Part shown: positions 13,024 to 25,740 of the stretch, piece after piece
Numbering within the stretch: the stretch's first letter is position 1
Layout: each line of letters starts with the position of its first letter
DNA from: Eledone cirrhosa
Lineage: Eukaryota
DNA length: 64,000 bases
NCBI GenBank assembly: GCA_964016885.1
Contig: OZ024749.1
Location: 38,440,001 to 38,504,000, forward strand
Direction of reading: 5' to 3'
Translations under genes and position numbers: made by a program
The notes under the pieces: model-generated
What the model was told of the DNA's origin: nothing
The model's database searches: none
What the model saw: only the letters and a program-made list of their open reading frames with translations

Positions 13024-13094
13024 AGAATGAGAAATAAGATAGATTGAAGGGACGGGCGGGGTGGAATTGGAAAAAATGTCTTTAGATAAAAATA

Positions 13095-13260
13095 ATTGTT
13101 TCTACGTTTGGCACAAGGCCAGAAATTACCCAGAGCATTACTAGTACTTTATTTTATCGACCCCGTAAGGATGAAAGGCAAAGTTAACCTCGGCGGGATT
13201 TGAACTCAGAATGGCAAGGGTCGTAACTCTGCGTTTGAGAGTGGAATGGAGCTGGCGGAG
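13095..13260 (-). mobile_element. tRNA-derived SINE (Meta-like)
   Basis: Same body and tail as 5573-5956. Confidence 0.85.
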
Positions 13261-13308
13261 AAAATATTTGAGATTGGACATATTGAAGGTACTAGGGTGG
13301 GAGTTGAA

Positions 13309-13344
<36 letters not shown>

Positions 13345-13370
13345 GTGTATGTGTGTGTATATGCGTATAT

Positions 13371-13434
<64 letters not shown>

Positions 13435-13445
13435 ATATATATGGT

Positions 13446-13480
<35 letters not shown>

Positions 13481-13505
13481 ATAGTTATATATATATATAT
13501 ATATA

Positions 13506-13713
13506 TAGGAACAAGTATGACACCGACGGCAGAGCTCAAGCCGTTTCGACGGCTAATTCTGGACATTATTAGCCGTCCAGAATTAGTCGTCGAAACGGCT
13601 TGAGCTCTTCTGCCGTCGGGGTCATACTTGTTCCTATTACCCACTCTACTACCCTAAGTATTGAGTACTTTGGTGCGTTATGGTCCATCTGGTTCCTTAC
13701 CACATTTCCTTCG

Positions 13714-13715
<2 letters not shown>
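13506..13715 (+). mobile_element. Fold-back element, family C (inverted short arm plus long arm with the 3' half of an HHR)
   Basis: 13506-13564 is the reverse complement of 13575-13636. The long arm carries GAAA-CGGC...GCCG-TC. Both ends are in (TA)n. Confidence 0.85.
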
Positions 13716-13756
<41 letters not shown>

Positions 13757-13757
<1 letters not shown>

Positions 13758-13959
13758 GGTACGTTATTCCGGGTTGAATCGGAAGTAACCACAGTAAGTA
13801 AAGTACTCAATAGATTGCAGTGTATAAAAGTTTTAATATAGATGAGATTCTACAGGACTAGAACTGTTTCATTCTTTAGAAATCATCAGGAATCTCTGGG
13901 ATTCCTGATGGTTTCTAAAGAATGAAACAGTTCTAGTCCTGTAGAATCTCATCTATATT

Positions 13960-13963
<4 letters not shown>
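13757..13963. mobile_element. Fold-back element, family D, with ~64-bp arms and a hammerhead on each strand
   Basis: 13831-13894 is inverted to 13900-13963 with one mismatch. The ~75-bp tail lies at 13757-13830. Confidence 0.85.
13844..13896 (-). ncRNA. Type I hammerhead ribozyme (family D)
   Basis: Minus strand: GAGATTC CTGATGA t TTC taaa GAA t GAAA CAG ttctagtc CTG TA GAATCTC. 7-bp stem I, intact core, GUA cleavage triplet. Confidence 0.8.
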
Positions 13964-14007
<44 letters not shown>

Positions 14008-14012
<5 letters not shown>

Positions 14013-14073
14013 CAATTTGCTTACGAACCCAAGATTAAGTTTTGGTTTGTAAGCAAATTGTAAATTGTAACTA
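14008..14073. repeat. Hairpin with ~20-bp arms inside (TA)n
   Basis: ttacaatttgcttacgaacc pairs with ggtttgtaagcaaattgtaa. Confidence 0.75.
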
Positions 14074-14085
14074 TACAATATATAC

Positions 14086-14126
<41 letters not shown>

Positions 14127-14435
14127 ACTTTGAATAACTTTGAAATGTTTTGGCCAGTATTGGCCCAGGCCATGTCTAACTTAATAGCACCACCTGGTAT
14201 ATCGCACATATATCGCATATATATAGCCTCACTGGTGTGACCTTTCTCAACATCACCTACCTATCAGAAACCTTGCTATTTACCTTTTGAACGTTACACT
14301 GTCTAATCAATTAATATTTGAAACGAAATATTCATAAATCCTTCAACACTTCAACTACGAAATTATTTTTTCCTTTTAACCAACAACTACTACTACTACA
14401 CTTACTCATACAAACACAACAGCCACCACCACCTG

Positions 14436-14466
<31 letters not shown>

Positions 14467-14806
14467 AACTACAATAACAACAACAACTACAATACAACTA
14501 AATTCGAAGTGAGCACTGAAGGTATTTTTTTTTTTACTGGAATCAAGATCGTGTTTTGGAAAATAATTCTTCTTAACCAAAATATTCCAACAGCTGCTAG
14601 GATTCTATTCTTTTCCACCCCTCTGCTTTATTTATTATTATTTTTATTTGTTTTCCTGTTATTAATAATATCTGGGGAATTCTAGAATTGTCTGTAGGAA
14701 AGTTTGGAAATAATTTATGGTAAAGATAATTGACTCCCTTGCAATCGAAAACCATGATAACTTCATTAGCGAGCCGGAGAGAGTGGGGGAGATAGAAAGA
14801 GATAGT

Positions 14807-14886
<80 letters not shown>

Positions 14887-15557
14887 GAGAGAGATTTGCA
14901 AGTAGATAGATAGATAGATATCTTTCTTTATAGATAGATAGATAGATAGATAGATAGACGTGTATACGTGTACTGACACTCTCATGGGGAAATGAAACCT
15001 GAAATCTTCGGCAACAACGTGGTTTCTTTGTTCTAGGTTTCACAATTTTAATTTTGCAATTTATTCTGTGAGAGAAAGCTATTATGATTTGAAAATTACA
15101 AGATATAGCGAAGATATTTGGAAGAATTAGTTCTGACACTCAAACGTGGAATTACTGCTAGATCATATTTAGATGTGATGTTAACACGAATTGTCTGCCT
15201 CTTAGATTAATGTCAGTAACAGACGATAAACTCTCAGAGGTATCTTCAAATATGATGAAGCTGTGATCATTTTTTTTTTTTTTTCGATTGTCATTTAAAG
15301 CTACTTCAAGTAATATCTTTGAGAAAACTATAAACTTTACAATTAGAGGGATATGTGTATGTATTGTGCACTAGATTGATCATTTTCGTTAAGTATATAA
15401 TTACTGTAGTATTTCAACCGATGGGGAATTTGAAATCTGGCGTCCATGATTTTTCTACATCCCCCATGATCCTTAGTAAATATGATCAGACTAGAACATG
15501 GTCGTATTTTTAATATAACATTTTTGAGAGAAAAAATGTTCCTTACAAGTATATATA

Positions 15558-15602
<45 letters not shown>

Positions 15603-15611
<9 letters not shown>

Positions 15612-16148
15612 TTAAAAAATAATGAATAAAACAATGAAACAGTTCCTTATATTAAACAAAAAAAGTTCATTATTTAACGATCGTTTCTAGGACATATATG
15701 TGTTAGAATTGGCATGCATATTCAAAAGATCTATGTACAAAATTATACAAAATTATACAAACTATCAAATATAATATACATACCAACACATACATATGCC
15801 GTCTTCAGAAATATTTCTGAAGACGGCATATGTATGTGTTGGTATGTATATTATATTTGATAGTTTGTATAATTTTGTATAATTTTGTACATAGATCTTT
15901 TGAATATGCATGCCAATTCTAACACATATATGTCCTAGAAACGATCGTTAAATAATGAACTTTTTTTGTTTAATATAAGGAACTGTTTCATTGTTTTATT
16001 CATTATTTTTTTAATATTTTATCTTGACTCTGTATTCCGTTTATCTTTCACCGAAAGTGATTTTTGAATGCATCTCTTCTTTCCATGATATCCGGATTAC
16101 ATTGAGTTCTTCATACGGATTGGACACTACCGTAAACTTTTGGTAGAT
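15603..16148 (+). mobile_element. Fold-back element, family E: ~420-bp palindrome plus ~125-bp tail
   Basis: Arms 15603-15812 and 15813-16022 with no spacer and one visible mismatch. (TA)n on both sides. Confidence 0.9.
15812..15954 (+). ncRNA. Type I hammerhead with long stem II insertion (mirror copy on - strand, ~15671-15813)
   Basis: tattt CTGAAGA cgg catatgtatgtgttgg...ctaacacatatatg tcc ta GAAA CGATCG TTA aata. Stem III region AACGATCGTT is palindromic. Confidence 0.7.
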
Positions 16149-16617
16149 TTATATATATATATATATATATATATATCTGCTACTACCTCTCCTACTTCCT
16201 CCCGTAATTCTTTTCTCGCGCACGCTTGACCAGGCTGGTTGTTCCTTTTTTCTCTCTTGTCTACGATTTCACAGAACTTATGTTCACCGAATTCAGGGAC
16301 TAGACTCCTTCTTCCTCCCGTTTGACCTGTGCGGAATTCCTTCCTTGCTCACATTTCGACTAGGTTTGATGGTCTTTATTCTCTCTCGTTCACGATTTCA
16401 CCGAACTTATATTCATGGAAATCTGGGACTTGACTCTTTCTTCCTCACTTTTTGTTGCTTCACCATCTTTGTTTGTTTACAGTCTCGCTTGTTCCCCTTA
16501 TTTACGTGTCCCAACGACTTTCTTTAGCCGTTGCTCGCACCAACCGGAGGTATATGGTCTTTAAAGCGATGAAATACCAATGAAGGTTGGAAGATCACTG
16601 ATGAAGGACTAACTTTA

Positions 16618-16699
<82 letters not shown>

Positions 16700-16702
16700 T
16701 AT

Positions 16703-16835
16703 ACAGGGTGGCACAAAAGTCACGATACATAAAAAAGCAATTTTGATTTATAAGAAACACTTTATTCAAAATAAATAAATAGGGAAACTTAAAAACTTCC
16801 TATGTATTGAGACGTGATTCTATCATTTCCATGTA
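16703..16835. mobile_element. Tc1/mariner-like terminal fragment
   Basis: TA|cagggtggcacaaaagtcacg resembles a Tc1/mariner TIR start. No partner TIR seen. Confidence 0.45.
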
Positions 16836-16880
16836 GCATATAAATATATAAATATATATATGTATATATACACACACACA

Positions 16881-16940
<60 letters not shown>

Positions 16941-16944
<4 letters not shown>

Positions 16945-17135
16945 AACGAGTAGGACCCCGACGGCTGAGCTCAAGCCGTTTCGACGGCTAATTCTGGACC
17001 AGAATTAGCCGTCGAAACGGCTTGAGCTCAGCTGTCGGGGTCCTACTCGTTCCTATTACCCACTCTACTACCCTAAGTATTAAAGTACTTTGGTGCGTTA
17101 TGGTCCACTTGGTTCCTTACCACATTTCCTTCGTT
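16941..17135 (+). mobile_element. Fold-back element, family C
   Basis: ~57-bp arms around a 1-nt centre at 16998 (attctgg a ccagaat), then an ~80-bp tail into (TA)n. Confidence 0.9.
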
Positions 17136-17441
17136 ATACATATATATATATATATGGAAATTACAGAATCCCGTCGTATATATATTTACACATACGTATG
17201 TCAGTGTATGCACTAGCCTGTGTGTATGTGTGCTGACATCTGTCTCCATATTTCTGTCCCATAAAAATGTCGACAAAAACGGGAACGTAAAAATAAATAC
17301 GAAAACTTAGAATAACCTGGACACTGCGGTCAATATAGCCGACATAATCATTATAAGTATGACCACTGTCTAACGACTGAAACCAGCAGCAAAATTAAAA
17401 GACTCACCACTGCTACCATCACATAAACACATGTAAATAAC

Positions 17442-17543
<102 letters not shown>

Positions 17544-17568
17544 ATGTCTGTGTGTATATATATATGTG

Positions 17569-17602
<34 letters not shown>

Positions 17603-17621
17603 TCATATATATATATATATA

Positions 17622-17692
<71 letters not shown>

Positions 17693-17765
17693 TTCATATA
17701 TATATATATATATACTTTATATATATATATATATATATATATACTTCATATATATATATATATAT

Positions 17766-17831
<66 letters not shown>

Positions 17832-18229
17832 AAGCTAACTTGACCCTGCGTGACAAAACAGATGAAGAAATATCTACGTGATTACATACACACTTACATG
17901 CACACACACACACACACACACTAACACACACACTGATAAATGTCATCCTATTTTCTTTTTATTCTTCCCTCCTTTTCTATTTCGTTCTTTCTTTCATTCC
18001 ATCTTTTTCCTTACAAGACAGTTACATGAATAGCAAATTGGACATGGCGTGTGAGATACATTTTATAATTCAATCTGCACCACTTGGATGATGGAAAGAA
18101 AAATGGAAGTCAATTTAAAACACACGGAAAGAAGAAGAAACGCATCAAACAATATAACATACATATATGAACATATATATTTATTTATATATATATATAT
18201 ATATACATATATGTCTATATATACATATA

Positions 18230-18326
<97 letters not shown>

Positions 18327-18333
18327 AAAGATT

Positions 18334-18387
<54 letters not shown>

Positions 18388-18496
18388 TAAACGGAATAGA
18401 AAATGGTGACAAATTATTCACAGTTGAAAAATAGTTTAATTAGGAATAAAAGAGTATTAGTAATTGTATTGGTTAGTATTCAGTTGTGGTTTTAAC

Positions 18497-18534
18497 TTTT
18501 TACCGGTTGCGCATTTCTAAATGCTTTTCAAAAA
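18497..18534 (-). ncRNA. Variant hammerhead with U3-A8 core (family F element, ~18384-18576)
   Basis: Minus strand: ttt TTGAAAA GCATTT ag AAATGC GCAA CCGG TA aaa. Palindromic stem III; GAAA is mutated to GCAA. Confidence 0.55.
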
Positions 18535-18659
18535 TAATTTTGAGATAGAGCGTCCGTGTTGTTAGCTCTGATCCGATACATATATATTTATATATACATA
18601 TATATTTATATATACATATATATATATATATACATATATATTTATATATATATATATAT

Positions 18660-18862
18660 GAATATACGACTTCAGTTATACCAGGAGATTCCATCCAGAA
18701 TGGTTGCATTTTTTTCAGGGTATGTCAATATTTATTTATAAAACTAACCTATATTATATTTTATCTGATGAAAGCGCACCATAGTTTGCCTTGGTGGCCC
18801 TTGAAATATGTATAATGAAATAAATATGGTTTTATAAATATAGTTTCCATTTGTTAATATAT
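18660..18862 (+). mobile_element. Family B element with hammerhead at 18761-18814
   Basis: ttat CTGATGA AAG cg CACCA...TGGTG gcc CTT GAAA tatg TA taat. Confidence 0.7.
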
Positions 18863-18871
18863 TGTATATAT

Positions 18872-18925
<54 letters not shown>

Positions 18926-19340
18926 ATATACATATATATTTATATATATACATATATTTTTATATATGCATATATATATATACATATATATTTATATATA
19001 TATATATATATGAATATACGACTTCAATTATACCATTTACGTGGTTTTGTCTTTGCGTGCAATTGTTCTTCCAGCTCCACATATGACGTATTATCTTCGT
19101 TTTTTCCGTTCATTGTCAGAGAACGTAGCTACGCACCACCTAATAGAATATTAGTCTACGACTTCTTTTATACCATAAACGTGGTTTTGTTTTTGTGTGT
19201 AATTGTTTTTCACCGCTCCAAATAATGACGTATTATATTTTTTCCCGTTCTTTCCCAGGGAACGTTTCCATGAACCAAAGTATCATCTTCCTGTCTTCCT
19301 CCTCTTGCAACGTTTTTCGAAATATTCACTTCTGCGTTCA

Positions 19341-19430
19341 CAGATTGACTTTGTTAGTTTCAGAAGATCCCGTTAAGGATGAAAGCAGCGATTCTTTGCT
19401 TAAACTTTAATCTGTTATTTTAATAAATAT
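19341..19430 (+). ncRNA. Hammerhead-like motif with CAGAAGA core (family G; element ~19030-19510)
   Basis: agttt CAGAAGA t CC cgttaa GG at GAAA GCA gcgattctt TGCT t aaact. Stem I extends through cagatt/aatctg. Copies at 26623 and 33930. Confidence 0.6.
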
Positions 19431-19555
19431 TTGCTCTAGGCTCTTATATATTTGATATATATTTATCCTTATCGAGTCCTCTTTGGATTTTAGTCTTTAA
19501 ATTTATTATTATTACTATATATATATATATATTTATGTATGTATATATACATATA

Positions 19556-19617
<62 letters not shown>

Positions 19618-19664
19618 TAGTGACGAAACATAAGTCAATTGCATGAACTCATAATCCTTTATTT

Positions 19665-19720
19665 ACTGCTATATATATTTCGATGATAGCCATTGAATGG
19701 CTATGACCTCATCAGGCAGT
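19665..19720 (-). ncRNA. Canonical minimal type I hammerhead ribozyme (family H)
   Basis: Minus strand: ACTGC CTGATGA ggtc ATAGCCA ttcaa TGGCTAT catc GAAA tatata TA GCAGT. All core nucleotides present; 5-bp stem I. Confidence 0.8.
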
Positions 19721-21021
19721 TAGTCAGTTCTTAGATATGCCAGCTCTGTGTTTATAGTGTTGATGGTATCAGAGCCTTGGGACATATGAGCTTGTTAGGA
19801 ATAATTTAATGTTGTCAGCAGGAATAGTCTTAATTCTCATTGGTCAGTTTGTAGATGCTATTTGGGTTGGTATTTGACCTCAAAGAGGCAGGTGATGTTG
19901 TAAAGTTCAAACCGTCAGGCAAGATGACAATAGTTCCATATGACTGATTTTCACAAAAAGCATTCCTGGTCAGATATATATTTAATTAAGGTTAGTAGTA
20001 TGAAATAGATACTGCAGGTCATTCTTAAATGGAAGAATTAATGTGGGGTGGTGCTACTGAAAAATATGGTTAGAGTAGAAAATTTACACATAAAAAGACT
20101 TATGTAGGTTGGCTTGCATGTAAACTCGCACCCACCTCCACAGACACACACACACATCCACACATACAAATTGAGGAATTAATGTGGGGTGGTAATACTT
20201 AAAATAATGGTTAGAGTCAAATACTTAGATAGTTAAAAAAATTTTTAAATAAAAGGCTTATGTTGGTTGACTTGTACATACACTCACACCTACCCCTTCA
20301 GACACACACATATCTACACACACAAATCCATACAGGTGTGTATATATATATATATGTGTACGCACAAGTATCCATACATATATATATATAAAACATATAT
20401 ACACACCTAAAATATATATATATATATAAAATATATATAAGAACTGAGAAGTGTGGAAAAGGTAAAATAATGCTGTGAGGTTATTAAATTGTGTCAATTT
20501 AATGGTAGATTTGTTAACTCTTTTCGATCTTGTCAGAATGGTAACTACACGGAAATCCGTTTAGTGTTTAACTAACGTAAATTCTGGGATGTGTTGTGTT
20601 GCAAGTTCTATAAATGGATAATGCCTGTCCCACCGGTATTCTGCTATTGATGCAGTTTTTACCAAAATACCATTTATTTCATGTGACTGGGGCGGCTGAA
20701 GGTATGTGGTTGCTGAGGGTGTGTGGTGTGGTGAGGATATGTGGAGGGTGTACGAGTGTATGTAGTGTATGTGGATTAGTGCCTGTGTTTAGTGTGTGTG
20801 TGTGATGATGTGTGGAGGGTGTACGAGTGTGAATGTATGTAGTGTATGTGGATTAGTGCCTGTGTGTAGTGTGTGTGTGAATGTGTGTGTTTGGATTGTG
20901 TTAAATACGTGGTTATATTCGAGATTGATCTTTTTATTCAATTTTCTTTATCATATTTTTATAGAAGTGTTTTGCTGTTTCACTTGGAACAATAAATTTT
21001 CAAAATCCGTCACCAACTTTC

Positions 21022-21059
<38 letters not shown>

Positions 21060-21061
21060 CG

Positions 21062-21244
<183 letters not shown>

Positions 21245-21321
21245 TATACATATATATACATATATATACATATATATATATATATACATATATATATACA
21301 TATATATATATACATATATAC

Positions 21322-21353
<32 letters not shown>

Positions 21354-21388
21354 TATAATTATATATATATATATATTATATGATTATA

Positions 21389-21420
<32 letters not shown>

Positions 21421-21498
21421 GTATATGTATATATACGTATATATATATATATGCATACGTATATATATATATGCATATATATATATATATATATATGC

Positions 21499-21535
<37 letters not shown>

Positions 21536-21605
21536 CGTATATGTATATATACGTATATATATATATATGCATACGTATATATATATATATGCATATATAT
21601 ATATA

Positions 21606-21639
<34 letters not shown>

Positions 21640-21731
21640 TATATATATATATATACATGCATATATATACATATATATATACATATATATATATATACAT
21701 ATATATATATATTATAATTATATATATATAT

Positions 21732-21935
21732 AACGAAGGAAATGTGGTAAGGAACCAGATGGACCATAACGCACCAAAGTACTCAATACTTAGGGTAGTA
21801 GAGTGGGTAATAGGAACGAGTAGGACCCCGACGGCTGAGCTCAAGCCGTTTCGACGGCTAATTCTGGACTAAACGTTTTAGTCCAGAATTAGCCGTCGAA
21901 ACGGCTTGAGCTCAGCCGTCGGGGTCCTACTCGTT
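21732..21935 (-). mobile_element. Fold-back element, family C (long arm on - strand)
   Basis: Arms ~21815-21873 and 21877-21935 around centre cgt. Tail at 21732-21810. Confidence 0.9.
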
Positions 21936-22008
21936 TATATATATATACACTATTATATATACTATGGAATACTGTTGGCTTTTTGCTACAATGCTTTCTA
22001 TACCTTTC

Positions 22009-22093
<85 letters not shown>

Positions 22094-22261
22094 ATATACA
22101 TATATATATGTGTGTGTGTGTGTCTGTGTCTGTGTCTGTGTCTAGAGAGAGAGAGAGAGTGAGCGACAAAGACATTTATCTGTCTCTATCTATATTGACA
22201 TATATCTATCTCTATAGACATCTATGTTACTATTATATCTTTATTTGTGTTCTATCAATTA

Positions 22262-22780
22262 TCTGTGCGTTTCTTGAAGAAAGATATGTGTTGGTTGAGG
22301 TTTTCTTTGATACGCCTGTGTAATGCTCTGATCTTGCAGCCAGTGTAAGATTCGCCAAAGTTTGTGCATTAAATACGATATTCTGTATATATCCGTCTTG
22401 ATGGTGGCGCGATTCGTCAGGACGCATTGGTATTTGTGTCTTCAAGTTGTCTTCCATTTTATAAATATTTCGGCCATGAGATGCCAGCGTGGGCTAGCTA
22501 TCTTTATATTTAAACCTGTCTCCTTCAGATGGCCTAACAGATACAGCAGTTATCTTGTCATTGAAGTATGGCAACCTAAAGAAACAGGTGTTGGAAGTGG
22601 TCTTATGATTCCTTAGCTTAGGGCATCAAGACGGCAACAATGGATGCCAGATATCTATTTTCCTCTAGTTCTTTAAAACATGTGTTGTATGGAAAATTGT
22701 CTATAGAAGTTAGTGTGGATGTCACCTCCTTTTGCCATTGTTTGAAGTCGAGGAGGGACAGAGATACAATTTCATCGGAG
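22262..22780 (-). pseudogene. Degraded Penelope-like element: end of RT, linker and GIY-YIG endonuclease
   Basis: Manual translation across frameshifts gives SLSLLDF...GDIHTNFYR, CFFRLPYFNDKIT...ETGLNIKIA and NIV...CTNFGESYTGCKIRALHRRIKE. Confidence 0.75.
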
Positions 22781-23077
22781 TGTATGAGTGCATGTGTGCC
22801 TGTATATGTATGTATGTATGTATGTGTGTTTGTGTGTGTGTGTGTGTATGTATGTATATGTGTATGCATGCATGTATATATGTATATACATATGTATATG
22901 TGTATGTATGCATGTATATGTGTATGCATGCATGTATATATGCATGTATGTATATATGCATGTATGTATATATGTATGTGCATATGAATGTATGTATATA
23001 TGCATGTATGTGTGTGCTTATATATGTATGTGCACACACACACACATACACACACACATAAACCACACGCACACACT

Positions 23078-23110
<33 letters not shown>

Positions 23111-23273
23111 ACACACTCATATGTATCTGTGTATGTATGTATATGTGTATGCATGCATGTATATATGCATGTATGTATATATGTATGTGCATATGAATGT
23201 ATGTATATATGCATGCATGTGTGTGCTTATATATGTATGTGCACACACACACACACATACACACACGCATAAA

Positions 23274-23317
<44 letters not shown>

Positions 23318-23727
23318 GCACACTAAAACCAAACGATCTTTATTTCCATTGTTCAAAAGGAATATAATATGTATTCCATTATCTCATTTCAAGAAATATT
23401 TCAAAAGACAGTGTATTAAAAAGTTATCGCTCTAATAATGTAATTCTATTTCCGTTAGAAAATTTGTTATGTGGTGATATAATTATTGTTGTTGGTTGAC
23501 GATGTCACAGCTACTTCGCTGAAATATCTCATTCCTTTTAATACCAACACGTTTGTGAAGTGAACTCATCAAAGAGACAGTTAATCGCGAACATAAATAC
23601 AAAACTGCAGGCTTTTACATATAAAAATACTTCGCGCGACGCATCCTCCTCTCAAACATTTCAGAAACATTTCCATTTAGAATGTTATACCTGTGCAATT
23701 TACTACCTCACACTAATTATTAAATAG

Positions 23728-23786
<59 letters not shown>

Positions 23787-23859
23787 CTTAAATATATATA
23801 TATATTCTTTGATGTTGATGGCCGTGAGAAGAAGCACTCAATTCCGAAGTAGCGTTTAA

Positions 23860-24016
23860 ATATTCTTTATTATGGCTAAGTGATGAGTCTAGCTTCTCTG
23901 AAGTTTTACCTGTTTAGCCAGGATCAACATACAAACCTTCTTGTTTGATAATTCTACGAGTACACAGGTGAAACTCCAGAGAAGCTATCTCATCTCTTAG
24001 CTATAATAAAGAATAT
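23860..24016. repeat. Imperfect fold-back with ~54-bp arms and ~50-nt spacer
   Basis: 23860-23913 is inverted to 23964-24016. The right arm has gtGAAActcc. Confidence 0.8.
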
Positions 24017-24065
24017 AGATAGATAGATAAATAGATAAATAGATAAATCGATAGATAAATAGATA

Positions 24066-24815
24066 TGTTTCTTTTATTTGCCACCAGGGCATCAAAAGTG
24101 GGACAAGTACAATGGGGGGAGTTTACAAAACAAGGCGTCATCAATAAGGAGGAGGCAATAACAATATATAAAAATAAAATAAAATATAACAAAAAATAAA
24201 ATTTATAACAAAGTCCTCAATAGAGAGGAGGCGCCTTGGGGGGTCGCACACACCCCCGAAAAAAGTGTGCAACCCTTCTCCTCAGGAGCACAGAGAAGGG
24301 GTGCTCCCTTGGTCTTTCATCTTCCTCACCTATAGTCTGATGTAGAGTGAAGGCCCATTCACACGGGCCATTCTCGCCACTTTCACCCATCTTTCATAGA
24401 AACGGCTGGGGTGCAGCACCTCTCTCTCCATCCTGATCCTTCTTCCGAAATGATATCGGAAGAAACGGACCAGTTGTTGGCCAGAGAGAAAGGTGTCTGA
24501 CCTCAGTCCTTTCAGACGCGAGGGGGGACAATACAAAGACATATGGCGGGATTTTACATACAGTCGTATGAAAAGGTTTTAACATGAAAATATAACAATC
24601 GAAATCCCCAATAGGGGGAAGCGTTTCAAATGGGTTGTTTTATACCCCGAAAGAGAACAGGAGCATCTTGTGCAAGATATCCTTTCTTCCTTTCGCTCTC
24701 TTCTTCAACCTACAGGTTTATATACAAAGAAGGCCCAATTACTCGGGCCATTCTCGTTATATTCACCCACCTTTCAGTAAATTTACAGGGGTGCAGTACC
24801 TCTCGCTCCACTCTG
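24066..24815 (-). mobile_element. Two Tx1-like LINE 3' fragments in (GATA)n
   Basis: RIRMEREVLHPSRFYERWVKVARMARVNGPSLY (24330-24542) and IRVEREVLHPCKFTERWVNITRMARVIGPSLY (24710-24815) resemble the C-terminus at ~6240-6350. The 3' UTR has AATAAA. Confidence 0.75.
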
Positions 24816-25045
24816 ATAGATAGATAGATAGAAAGATAGATAGATAGAAAGATAGATAGATAGATAGATAGATAGTAAATAAAACGCCAAGAGGTAAAAT
24901 AAGACAAATTAAAGCGAATCACATGTTTTCCTCATATTGTAATTTTTTCTCTCCCTAATTATTTTTCCTGATTTTTACAAGTAAATCATTAACTCGTTTC
25001 CTGGTGAAAAATAATCACTGGAAAACTTCAATAAAATAAACTAAA

Positions 25046-25089
<44 letters not shown>

Positions 25090-25104
25090 GTCTATTTTAT
25101 CGAA

Positions 25105-25147
<43 letters not shown>

Positions 25148-25181
25148 AAATAGACTAAATATATGTATATATATATGTGTA

Positions 25182-25343
<162 letters not shown>

Positions 25344-25356
25344 CATATATATATAC

Positions 25357-25517
<161 letters not shown>

Positions 25518-25523
25518 TATACA

Positions 25524-25559
<36 letters not shown>

Positions 25560-25667
25560 CATATATATATATGTATATGTATATCTGCATGTGTGAGTGT
25601 GCGTGTGTGTGTAAGAGGTTGTATGTATATAGTTAGTATATAAGTATATATAATTATATTGATACAC

Positions 25668-25740
<73 letters not shown>

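Noticed and set aside
13506-13715. Family C as a classical MITE or rho-independent terminator
   Set aside because: Arms are asymmetric, the apex varies by copy, one side has a tail, and the sequence folds as part of an HHR.
16596-16620. CTGATGAAGGACT hammerhead start
   Set aside because: Cut off by (TA)n before any GAAA, so it was not counted as a ribozyme.
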